This document shows positions 9,250-17,973 of a DNA stretch of 64,000 bases, one piece after another. The notes under the pieces were generated by a model. It worked only from the letters and a program-made list of their open reading frames with translations. It ran no database searches and was not told the origin of the DNA. The position numbers were made by a program, and so were the translations under genes. How positions within the stretch are numbered: position 1 is the stretch's first letter; each line of letters opens with the position of its first letter. This stretch comes from Candidatus Aminicenantes bacterium (lineage in GTDB: Bacteria; Acidobacteriota; Aminicenantia; UBA2199). The DNA is taken from NCBI GenBank assembly GCA_016934745.1, contig JAFGSF010000062.1, positions 64,843-128,842 of the forward strand, given 5' to 3'.

Positions 9250-10731
9250 TTGGCCTTTCCAAAAGCGCAGATTGCATTTTTGGCTTTTATCTTTTTGGTT
9301 CCCCTGCTTCTGGCCATAGAAAAACAATCCAAGGCCAGCGTTTTCAGGATGTTTTTTTCTTTTTCCTTTTGCAGCAATTTACTGCTTTTATATTGGATCC
9401 CACGGGTCATGGTCCAATACGGCGGCACGACCTGGGTACTGGGCATTATTGCTTTAATCGTTCTGGCCGCATACCTTTCATTTTTTTCCGGGCTGGCCGG
9501 CATGCTGATCGCCCGCTGGAGCAAAGACCCGTCTCGTTGGACAGCGCTATTTTGGATACCGGCAATATGGATTGCCAAAGACCTGGCTGTCGAGAAAATG
9601 TTCAGCGGTTTCCCCTGGTGCACGGTTGGCTATTCTCAATACCAAAACGTTTACTTCATCCAGGTAGCGGAAATAGGCGGGATCCACCTGATTTCATTTA
9701 TTATCATCGCCATCAATGTCATGTTTTTCCGGCTGCTAAAAATAAAAAATTGGAAAAGACTGTTAGCGCCGCTGTTTGTCTTCATGCTTATTTATGCTGG
9801 CGGTTACGGGCTACTTAAAAACCATTCGCTTCGTGTGGCGGATATTGCCTTTCATCAAGCAGGCATTATCCAACCCAACAGCAACCATGACCTGCTTTTT
9901 GATTTCAGTACTAAACAAAAAGTACTGAACCATCTTTTCAACACTTCTTTGGCATTAAAAAACCAGGGAGCTGAATTGATTATATGGCCCGAATTCACGG
10001 TTCCGATTTATCCCCTGCAATCCCCGGCACAAAAAGACCGCTTTACGTCTTTCAGCCGGCGGCAAGTCCCCATATTGGCCGGCTTCACGGACTTTCAAGA
10101 TTCAGACAATGTTTTTAATTCGGTCATGCTCTTTAACGGCGATAAATTTGAAAAATATGACAAGTTCCACCTGACTCCTTTTGGCGAATATGTGCTATTC
10201 CGCCGCTGGTTATTTTTCGTTAAAAAGATCACCGATGAGATAGGGGATTTTACTCCGGGGAAAACCTTGCACAATCTCGACTTTGCAGGGCATCAATTGG
10301 CAACCCCCATTTGCTACGAAGTCATTTACCCTGAGCTCAGCAGACAATTGATCGCCCTGGGCGGAGAAGTCATCATAACCATCTCTAACGATTCCTGGTT
10401 CGGAAAATCGTCAGCCCCTTATCAGCACCTGGCCATGGCTGTTTTTCGCAGCATTGAAAATCGCCGCTATTTGCTGCGTTCGACATCCAATGGTATTTCA
10501 GCTTTGGTGGATCCGGCCGGTCGCATGGTTTATCAATCCCCTCTGCACAAGCCCGACCAGTTTTTAGCTTCGTTTCAATACCTGAAACAAAAAACCATAT
10601 TTACCCGCTGGGGCTATCTATTCCCCTATTTTTGCTTATTCCTGCTTTCAGCGTATGGACTGGGGATAATTTATAAAAAATATAAAAACCGCTTTTTTCA
10701 GCCCAGAAAGGCAAAAAATATTTTAGCCTGA
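9250..10731 (+). CDS. lnt: apolipoprotein N-acyltransferase (start uncertain, probably upstream near 9199)
   Basis: CN-hydrolase catalytic contexts IIWPEFTVP and ATPICYEVIYPE, plus a multi-TM N-terminal half. The same frame continues upstream as KNLLWLTAGLAYGLAF (an Lnt TM1-like helix) with no ATG/GTG/TTG. Confidence 0.85.
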   Translation: MAFPKAQIAFLAFIFLVPLLLAIEKQSKASVFRMFFSFSFCSNLLLLYWIPRVMVQYGGTTWVLGIIALIVLAAYLSFFSGLAGMLIARWSKDPSRWTALFWIPAIWIAKDLAVEKMFSGFPWCTVGYSQYQNVYFIQVAEIGGIHLISFIIIAINVMFFRLLKIKNWKRLLAPLFVFMLIYAGGYGLLKNHSLRVADIAFHQAGIIQPNSNHDLLFDFSTKQKVLNHLFNTSLALKNQGAELIIWPEFTVPIYPLQSPAQKDRFTSFSRRQVPILAGFTDFQDSDNVFNSVMLFNGDKFEKYDKFHLTPFGEYVLFRRWLFFVKKITDEIGDFTPGKTLHNLDFAGHQLATPICYEVIYPELSRQLIALGGEVIITISNDSWFGKSSAPYQHLAMAVFRSIENRRYLLRSTSNGISALVDPAGRMVYQSPLHKPDQFLASFQYLKQKTIFTRWGYLFPYFCLFLLSAYGLGIIYKKYKNRFFQPRKAKNILA

Positions 10732-10762
10732 ACCAAATTGATAATTTAATTCATTTTCCAAA

Positions 10763-10791
10763 TTGACAGAAACCCATCTTTTGGATATTTT
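10763..10791 (+). promoter_or_regulatory. sigma70-type promoter TTGACA-17nt-TATTTT, 10 nt before ATG 10802
   Basis: Read directly from the sequence. The very short leader has no SD. Confidence 0.4.
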
Positions 10792-10801
10792 TTAGAAAAA
10801 C

Positions 10802-12340
10802 ATGAAAAAGTTAGAATTCCTAATTTTCGTTGCCTTGCTTTGTCTGGCTATTTCTTGTAATAAAAAAGACACAGCTGCTGAAAAAAAAAACTTGCCGATT
10901 TCTCTGGATAAGCAGGGTCCCTATCTGATTGTTTCAAGCCAGAGCGCCAGCCGGGATTATGCCCAGGCAATCGAGTTGGCTGAACAGATGCACCCCGACG
11001 CGGTGGTCAGCCAATTGAATTTTAACGATGACGCAGCGGTTCAAAAATTGCTCAATAGAATCCAACCGTTTTATGCTTTAATTTTCGTAAAGCCTGAAGA
11101 ACTGGATGCCCGGTTGGCCTGGCAATGGCTGCAATGGAGTGCTGCCATTGACCAGGACCCTTTCATAGATGCCCGAACCGGATTTATAACTGGTGAAAAT
11201 CCGGCCGCGGTTCTGAGTTTGCTCAAGCGTATCCAGGATGCACTCGCGGGTAAAATTTTTCTGCCGGCAGAATTTATTGACCAGCTTGGACCCAACAGCC
11301 AACTAGCTAAACAAGATTTCGCCAAGATGCCGGGAAGTTACATGATACCCGTTTTGTCCCAACAATACCCTGCCTATGCCATTACCCATGGAATTGAAGG
11401 ATTCAGCAAAGAGCGATTGCAAAGCTTGTCGGGAGCTGGGCTGATTCATTTTGGCGGACATGGTTTTCCAGAACGGATAGTCAATTGTTTAAATGGGCGC
11501 TATGTACGCCAAGTTCCCTTTTCAGCTTGTGTGGTTTTTAGTGGTGCCTGTTATACCGGGGTTACCGGCCACTGGCTGGATATGAGTTCAGGATATTTTC
11601 AGTCCCGTGATGTGGCTGCTCATTTTTCCTTTGCTCTGGGGATACTGTCCAACCAGGCCATTGCCTACTTGGCTGCCTTGCATGCCGATCATGGTATTCC
11701 GGTCTATCAAGAATTGGAATTTCTGTCATACACGGGCGCACCTTTAGGAGAAACCATCAAGCATACCCTGGATGGCGTTATCATCGCTTCAAAAACCAAG
11801 GCTCTTTCTTTAAGCCAGATTCGGGACGGTATGCCCGTTTCCTGGACAGCTGCCGAATTCATGCTCTGGGGTACGGCTTCACGCGTTCTTTTTGGCGACC
11901 CGGCGCTCAGAATCATGGATAAATTTTGTGACGCTCCCTTTGACCTTCACGTGCAAACTGAACCGGATGCAATAAAAATAATAGCCCGGGTTAAAAACAA
12001 CAATTTAAAATCAACTTTTAGCGATGCATACTTTTCTGATTTGTCAAGAACCGGTCAGTTTAATGATAGAATCCTGATTTCATGCCCATGGCCAGCTCCA
12101 TGGCTGGAAATTGAAAACCCATGCGTCACCAAGCTTACGGCGCGGGGAAAACCTTTGCCATACCGTTTAATCGGTTCGGCCTGGGAAAAAGATCGGGGAA
12201 AAATCATTTTACATATTCAGGTCGATGTGGAGTCGTCTGGATATATGCAATCTCTCCTGCGTAATCCCGGATGCGAAATTGAAATCATAGTGTATCGTTC
12301 AAAAAAGAGACCGGTTTCAGCCGTTCATTCAATGGAATAA
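10802..12340 (+). CDS. lipoprotein with a putative caspase-fold (gingipain C25/CHAT-like) His-Cys dyad
   Basis: 512 aa with a lipobox LAISC. It contains LIHFGGHGF and, ~30 aa later, VVFSGACYTG, the arrangement of caspase-hemoglobinase fold proteases. The C-terminal ~130 aa is beta-rich. The family call is an inference from motifs only. Confidence 0.4.
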   Translation: MKKLEFLIFVALLCLAISCNKKDTAAEKKNLPISLDKQGPYLIVSSQSASRDYAQAIELAEQMHPDAVVSQLNFNDDAAVQKLLNRIQPFYALIFVKPEELDARLAWQWLQWSAAIDQDPFIDARTGFITGENPAAVLSLLKRIQDALAGKIFLPAEFIDQLGPNSQLAKQDFAKMPGSYMIPVLSQQYPAYAITHGIEGFSKERLQSLSGAGLIHFGGHGFPERIVNCLNGRYVRQVPFSACVVFSGACYTGVTGHWLDMSSGYFQSRDVAAHFSFALGILSNQAIAYLAALHADHGIPVYQELEFLSYTGAPLGETIKHTLDGVIIASKTKALSLSQIRDGMPVSWTAAEFMLWGTASRVLFGDPALRIMDKFCDAPFDLHVQTEPDAIKIIARVKNNNLKSTFSDAYFSDLSRTGQFNDRILISCPWPAPWLEIENPCVTKLTARGKPLPYRLIGSAWEKDRGKIILHIQVDVESSGYMQSLLRNPGCEIEIIVYRSKKRPVSAVHSME

Positions 12341-12352
12341 ATCCGCGGAAAC

Positions 12353-13045
12353 CTACTGGCGCGCATCATTTCGGATGGTAAAAGTGATGCCAAGGGAAAA
12401 AGCCATGATCAGGGGAAAAACCGCTCCGAAACCAAATGCCCACAGGTATTCCTCGACTGGGAAACTGAGAAAGCGATATCCCCACAGGTTTTTCATTGTC
12501 CATTGGTTATGGAACAATGGGAATTTGAGACTCAACATTCCGGTCACCAGCACATACAGCATGGTGAACCCCAGCGCCCCCCTTATGGCAAAGGGCCAAT
12601 AACAGCGGTTTTTGGCCAGCAAAACCATTCCCAGCACCAGCATCGCAAATAAACAGCAGGTCATGACGGGCATCCCTGCCATGCGAAGTACATAGCAAAG
12701 AACGGCCGACAACAGGGTGCAGAACAAGAATTTTCCCGTCAGCATGCCGAGGGAATAGCGAACCTGGATTGTGTCGCGAACGCTCCATAGGGAAATGAAA
12801 AGGACAATGCCGCCATTGGCAAACGAAAAAAGCATGTCCTCCAGTCCAACCGGGATTTTAATTACAAGAACGGGTTGCCAATATTCCGGGACAAAGAATA
12901 CGGCCGCCAACGAGTAAAGGGCAGAGGCCAAACCACCCAGGACCATCACGCGCCTGAACCGCTTGACCCGAATGAATGTCACGGTGAAAACCAGCAGCAG
13001 AACCAGACTCCCGCAAAGATAGGGATATTCACTCAACGCCTTCAT
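12353..13045 (-). CDS. lycopene cyclase domain-containing membrane protein (two fused CrtYc/d-like repeats)
   Basis: 230 aa with ~7 TM helices and two copies of the PxE(E/D) motif context (PVGLEDMLFSF and SFPVEEYLWAFGFG). Confidence 0.5.
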   Translation of the reverse strand: MKALSEYPYLCGSLVLLLVFTVTFIRVKRFRRVMVLGGLASALYSLAAVFFVPEYWQPVLVIKIPVGLEDMLFSFANGGIVLFISLWSVRDTIQVRYSLGMLTGKFLFCTLLSAVLCYVLRMAGMPVMTCCLFAMLVLGMVLLAKNRCYWPFAIRGALGFTMLYVLVTGMLSLKFPLFHNQWTMKNLWGYRFLSFPVEEYLWAFGFGAVFPLIMAFSLGITFTIRNDARQ

Positions 13046-13219
13046 CCCAAGGCAAGTCCCGACGAGATTTTATTAATGCCATTCCCATCCAATAATTTTA
13101 AAGAATTTAATTTGAAAATTCAATCGACCACTGACCGGGAAAACAACCACTGTTTCTCATTCACCTGCCGGGCATTTCTCTTTTCTTTATGGCTGATTTT
13201 GAAGAGTAAAAAAAACCTT

Positions 13220-14683
13220 TTACCAACCCTGCAAATTATAAAAAAAGTCACCGGTTGAACCTACCGTGTGAAAATGGTCGGCCGGGACCTTGAGCGACCG
13301 CGAAACGCCCATGTAATAATTCAGGTTAAAGAGGGGGATGAAGGGTAGGGTGTGCAACCAGCGTTCATGGGCCTTGATATAGATCTGCCGGCGTTTTTTT
13401 TCGTCCATTTCGCACAGCCCGGCCTCGAGCAGGGCATCCATTTTGCTATCGGCCAGGCCGGCATAATTAAAATACCCGGAACTCGACAGGACGTCCTTGA
13501 GGTTCCAGTCCATGTCCAAAAGAAAAGCGGAGACAGCCAGATCAAAATTTCCCTTTTTCAAATATTTTAAAAAAGCCTGGTACTCGACAAAAACCGGCTC
13601 CAATTCGATATTAAAACGCTTCATTTCTTCACACAAAAACAATACCAACTGCTTGCGCAGGACCGATTCGCTGTTGGCCAGGATGCGCAAGTGCCGGCGC
13701 CGGGGCGGGGATGACACTGGCAAGCGCCGGGAGCGAACGCCGGCGCTCAAATAGAGGAAGGGGGAATGAACGGTCTCTCCGGCGCCTTGCAAAAAGGTTT
13801 GCAGGAAAGGGGAGACCTGCAGGCAATTGTAAACCAGTCGGCGCAAACTGGGATCGACGGATGAATTCTTTAAATTGAACACCAGGTAGGTATAGCCGAA
13901 TTTTCGGTACTTCACCAATCCAAATCTCCGGCGCCACTCGGGTAATTGTTTATACGAGCGCACATCATCGGTTTGAATTTCAACTGCATCCATTTCTTCG
14001 GCAAGCAGTTTCAATGGTCCTTGCCGGGGATCGCCAAGGACAGAATAAATGATTTTTTTGAAAGAGTTCTTTTCTTGGTAATGGGGATTTTCCTTCAGGA
14101 CAATTTCCCGCGGCTCCCTGACGGCTTCCACCTGATAGGGTCCGCAACCCACCGGCAAGTGCCTCCTGAACGCTGCCGGGCCTCTGCCATGGATATCCGT
14201 GGCGCTCAGTATCTTGAAAGTCAAGTAATTTTTCCAGGGGGCAAATTTTCCCTTCAACCTGATGCGAAAATTCAACTGGTCCAAGATCGTGATTTGTTCC
14301 ATGAAATTCAAATCGGAAAGGTAGGGATACTCGTATTTAGGATCCTTTAGCAGCTCGATCGTTGCCTGGACATCCCGGCTCTGCAGGACGGCGCCATTGG
14401 CAAAGCGAATATTTTTTTTCAGAGTGATCGAAACGGTCAATTGGGGTTCATCCCAGGATATGGAATCAACCAGTTCCGGAGAAATCGTTCCGGACGGGTC
14501 AAAATAGAACAGGGCCAAGTGGACCTTGTTCATGATCCCCTGGGCCGTCTCGGTGGTGGCATAAACCGGATTCAATTCCCGGGGAAAATCAAGGCAACCG
14601 ATGCGCAACACTCCGGATTCGGAGGCAGGAACAAAAATGGGGAGGCAGCATAAGACAAATAAAGCACGCTTGAAAAAATTCAA
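13220..14683 (-). CDS. ABC transporter substrate-binding protein, family 5 (peptide/nickel type)
   Basis: 487 aa with a signal peptide and an SBP_bac_5-like N-terminus (LRIGCLDFPRELNPVYATTETAQGIMNKV). No cognate permease or ATPase genes are nearby. Confidence 0.7.
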   Translation of the reverse strand: MNFFKRALFVLCCLPIFVPASESGVLRIGCLDFPRELNPVYATTETAQGIMNKVHLALFYFDPSGTISPELVDSISWDEPQLTVSITLKKNIRFANGAVLQSRDVQATIELLKDPKYEYPYLSDLNFMEQITILDQLNFRIRLKGKFAPWKNYLTFKILSATDIHGRGPAAFRRHLPVGCGPYQVEAVREPREIVLKENPHYQEKNSFKKIIYSVLGDPRQGPLKLLAEEMDAVEIQTDDVRSYKQLPEWRRRFGLVKYRKFGYTYLVFNLKNSSVDPSLRRLVYNCLQVSPFLQTFLQGAGETVHSPFLYLSAGVRSRRLPVSSPPRRRHLRILANSESVLRKQLVLFLCEEMKRFNIELEPVFVEYQAFLKYLKKGNFDLAVSAFLLDMDWNLKDVLSSSGYFNYAGLADSKMDALLEAGLCEMDEKKRRQIYIKAHERWLHTLPFIPLFNLNYYMGVSRSLKVPADHFHTVGSTGDFFYNLQGW

Positions 14684-14692
14684 TTTAATTAC

Positions 14693-14926
14693 TTATTGGA
14701 CCAAACGAACTTCAGTGATCTCGGGAATTTCTTCCTTCATTACCTGCTCCACATAACCTTTAATGGTGAAGGTGCTCATCGGGCATCCAAAGCAAGCACC
14801 TTTAAGTCGAACCAACACCACCTTCTCTTCTGCCAAAACATCCACCAATTCGATATCGCCGCCATCTCCCTGCAAAGCCGGCCTAACCTTGTCAATCACG
14901 GAACTGACCTTTTCCTTTAATTCCAT
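14693..14926 (-). CDS. NifU C-terminal-domain (Nfu-type) Fe-S cluster carrier protein
   Basis: 77 aa with VRPALQGDGGDIELVDV...GACFGCPMS (CxxC), the typical Nfu/NifU-C motif. Confidence 0.85.
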   Translation of the reverse strand: MELKEKVSSVIDKVRPALQGDGGDIELVDVLAEEKVVLVRLKGACFGCPMSTFTIKGYVEQVMKEEIPEITEVRLVQ

Positions 14927-14936
14927 TTCATTCTCC

Positions 14937-15851
14937 TCAATTAAATTCTAGCATTTTCTGCAAAGCCTGACGCGCGTTATTGCCAACCAGCGGGTCCACG
15001 GTAATTTCATATTTTTCTTCATTCAAGGAATCAAAAACATCTTGAAGCGTTGTGCGCTTCATGTTGCTGCAAATTTTGGGAGTCAGAGCCGGATAAAAGG
15101 CCTTGCCGGGGTTTTCTCTTTTCATCCTCTCCAGCAATCCCTGTTCAGTAGCCACGATAAATTCCCGGTGCCCTGTGCGTGCGACATATTTCAACATGCC
15201 GCTGGTCGAGAGCACTTCGTCAGCCACCATCGTTACCTCCGGGCTGACTTCCGGATGAACGATTACTTTGGCTTGCGGATGTCTCTGGCGCATTTCCACG
15301 ATTTCATCACTTGTAATGCGCATGTGCACATAACAAAAACCCTCAAACAAAAACAAGGTCTTGTCTGGCACCATTTTTTGCACGTATTTACCCAAGTTTT
15401 TATCAGGAACAAAAATAATTTCCTTGGCCGGAATATTAGTAACAACCTGGACCGCATTGGCTGACGTGCAGCACACATCACTTTCAGCTTTAATTTCAAC
15501 AGGTGAATTCACATAGGTTACCAGCGGCGCTCCCGGATGCTGCTTCTTCATTTCCCGTACATCATCCACCATAATCATGTCAGCCATGGGGCAACCGGCA
15601 TCCAGGCGGGGCAGCAGGACTTTTTTTTCGGGAGACAGGATTTTCGCGGTTTCGGCCATGAACTTAACTCCAGCAAAAACAATGAGCGACTGAGTTAATT
15701 CAACCGCTTTTCTGCTCAATTCCAACGAATCTCCTAAAAAATCGGCCACGAGTTGCACGTCCTCAAGTTGATAATTATGGGCTAGAATAACAGCATTTTT
15801 TGACTTTTTTAACCTGGCTATTTCACGGTTAAGTTCAGTTCTTTCAGCCAT
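14937..15851 (-). CDS. nadA: quinolinate synthase
   Basis: 304 aa with ILAHNYQ, conserved Cys ligand contexts and overall NadA length and layout. Confidence 0.92.
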   Translation of the reverse strand: MAERTELNREIARLKKSKNAVILAHNYQLEDVQLVADFLGDSLELSRKAVELTQSLIVFAGVKFMAETAKILSPEKKVLLPRLDAGCPMADMIMVDDVREMKKQHPGAPLVTYVNSPVEIKAESDVCCTSANAVQVVTNIPAKEIIFVPDKNLGKYVQKMVPDKTLFLFEGFCYVHMRITSDEIVEMRQRHPQAKVIVHPEVSPEVTMVADEVLSTSGMLKYVARTGHREFIVATEQGLLERMKRENPGKAFYPALTPKICSNMKRTTLQDVFDSLNEEKYEITVDPLVGNNARQALQKMLEFN

Positions 15852-15990
15852 ATGTTTCCTTGCCTTGATTGTATGCTTTTTCTTTCATTCAGTCAAATGT
15901 TAAGAATTAACCAAAAAAATACTTGGCAGCTCGAAAAATTCATTGTATTTTATTTTGTCCAAAAATAATATTTTTGTCGGAACAGAATGG

Positions 15991-15998
15991 TGTATAAT
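15991..15998 (+). promoter_or_regulatory. extended -10 element TGTATAAT upstream of the TRAP operon
   Basis: TGnTATAAT lies 21 nt upstream of ATG 16019. GGAGA SD at 16006-16010. Confidence 0.4.
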
Positions 15999-16018
15999 AA
16001 TATCTGGAGATATACTCA

Positions 16019-16981
16019 ATGAAACAATCTTATACACTGATTTATTTACTCGCAATGCCGGCGTTGATTTTTCTTCCAGCGTGCTCCATCAAAAAGCTGG
16101 CCATGAATCAGGTGGCCAATGCATTGACCACGCCAACTTCCAGTTCCGTGTTCAGCGGCGACAATGATCCCGAGTTGGTAGGCGATGCCTTGCCTTTCGC
16201 CATTAAACTTTACGAATCACTGATGGCAGCCAATCCGGACCATTCCGGTTTAAAATTAACAACTGGAAGTCTATACATCATGTATGCCAATGCATTCCTG
16301 CAAACTCCGGCACTGATGCTCCCCGATAGCGAGTTTGAAGCGCAGGAGTTCAATTACAACCGAGCCAAAAACCTATATTTGCGGGGGCGTGATATAGTAC
16401 TTTCCGCATTGGAAGGCAAATACCCCGGCTTCAAACAATATCTTCAAAAAAAAATGTATGCCCGGGCGTTGCAATCCACCAACAAAAAGGATATTCCGCT
16501 GCTTTATTGGGCGGGAGCCGGCTGGCTGGCTGCATACGCCATCAATCCCTTTGACATGGAACTGGGAATCACCCTGCCCGCCGCAGAGGCCTTGATGAAT
16601 CGGGTCTACGAGCTTGAAGAAAATTACGCCGGTGGTACAATCCATGAATTTTATATCCTCTATTACGGCTCGCTGCCTGAATACATGGGTGGAAGTTTAC
16701 AAAAAGCACGCCACCATTTTGAGAAAGCCATTGCCATATCTGCCGGAAAATCTTCAACGCCTTACATCGCGCTGGCAACCACGGCGTCCGTGAAGGATCA
16801 AAACCTGGATGAATTCAGGTCTTTACTGGCAAAAGCGCTGGCTATAGATCCGGACATTGATCCGGAAAATCGCCTGGTGAATATTCTAAACCAGCGCAAA
16901 GCCAGATGGTTGATCCAGAATGCCGGTGATTTTTTCCCGGAAGCGGAAGATGGAAATAGTGGGAACGAGGAGTCAGAATGA
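16019..16981 (+). CDS. TatT-type TPR lipoprotein of a TPR-protein-associated TRAP transporter (TPAT)
   Basis: 320 aa with lipobox LPAC. The N-terminal KKLAMNQVANALT...SVFSGDNDPELVGDALPFAIKLYESL resembles the TRAP-associated TatT family. It is followed by overlapping DctP- and DctQM-like genes. Confidence 0.75.
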   Translation: MKQSYTLIYLLAMPALIFLPACSIKKLAMNQVANALTTPTSSSVFSGDNDPELVGDALPFAIKLYESLMAANPDHSGLKLTTGSLYIMYANAFLQTPALMLPDSEFEAQEFNYNRAKNLYLRGRDIVLSALEGKYPGFKQYLQKKMYARALQSTNKKDIPLLYWAGAGWLAAYAINPFDMELGITLPAAEALMNRVYELEENYAGGTIHEFYILYYGSLPEYMGGSLQKARHHFEKAIAISAGKSSTPYIALATTASVKDQNLDEFRSLLAKALAIDPDIDPENRLVNILNQRKARWLIQNAGDFFPEAEDGNSGNEESE

Positions 16982-17973
16982 TGAACTGGAAAGGGATAGT
17001 CTTTTTTCTGCTTTGTTTACCCTTGATTGTCAGCGCCCAGGTGATTAAAATCGGCAGCATTGCGCCGGACCGCTCGCCGTGGAACGATGCGCTGAAAGAA
17101 ATTGCCCGTGAATGGGAAAAAATTACCAGCGGCCAGGTGAAATTGAAAATCTATCCGGGGGGGATAACCGGCAGTGAAGATGATATGATCCGCAAAATGA
17201 AATTGGGGGTCCTGGGCGGAGCCGTGTTGACCAATGTCGGAATCACCAAGATCAACCGTGACGCGTTCGTGCTCAATTCCCCCTTCCTTTTTGACTCGGA
17301 AAAGGAAATGGAATACGTCATGGGCCAGTTGGTGCCGATATTTGAAAAGCAAATTAGGGAAAGGGGTTACCACACCGTGGTCTGGGTCATGAGCGGCTGG
17401 ATTAATTTTTTCTCGAAGGATCCCGTTATTTATCCTTCGGACCTGAAAAAACAAAAACTGGCAATCAGTACCGACGAACCGGAAGTCGAACTGGCCTGGA
17501 AAAAATCCGGCTTCCGTACCGTACCCATTGAATTGAAGGACATGATGATGGCCCTGCAAAGCGGCATGATTGAAGCATTTTATATCCCACCGGTTCTGGC
17601 CGGTGCCGGCCAGTATTTCGCCTTTGCTCCACATATGAATTCTTTAAAAATAACTCCCTTGGTCGGAGGCATGGTCATCGTCAACAGGATCTGGGATAAA
17701 ATTCCCGAGGGCTTCAAGCCTGCCATGAAGGCAGCCGTGCAAAAAGTCCAGGCAAAGCTGGACAAGGGAATTATTGACTTGGAAGCTGACGCATTGGCCA
17801 CCATGAAAAAAAATGGCTTGATCTTTCACGAAGCCCCGCCCGACAGCCTGCCCCGATGGAAAGAAGGCGCCATCAAGGGCATGGATGAATTGGTCGGCAA
17901 AGTTTTCAGCAAAGAAATATACGATAAATTGCTGGGAATGCTGAAGGAATATCGCCAAAAAAATGTTCAGTAA
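16978..17973 (+). CDS. TRAP transporter substrate-binding protein (DctP/TatP-T-like)
   Basis: 331 aa with a signal peptide and a DctP-family layout. ATGA overlap with the TatT gene. Confidence 0.8.
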   Translation: MMNWKGIVFFLLCLPLIVSAQVIKIGSIAPDRSPWNDALKEIAREWEKITSGQVKLKIYPGGITGSEDDMIRKMKLGVLGGAVLTNVGITKINRDAFVLNSPFLFDSEKEMEYVMGQLVPIFEKQIRERGYHTVVWVMSGWINFFSKDPVIYPSDLKKQKLAISTDEPEVELAWKKSGFRTVPIELKDMMMALQSGMIEAFYIPPVLAGAGQYFAFAPHMNSLKITPLVGGMVIVNRIWDKIPEGFKPAMKAAVQKVQAKLDKGIIDLEADALATMKKNGLIFHEAPPDSLPRWKEGAIKGMDELVGKVFSKEIYDKLLGMLKEYRQKNVQ

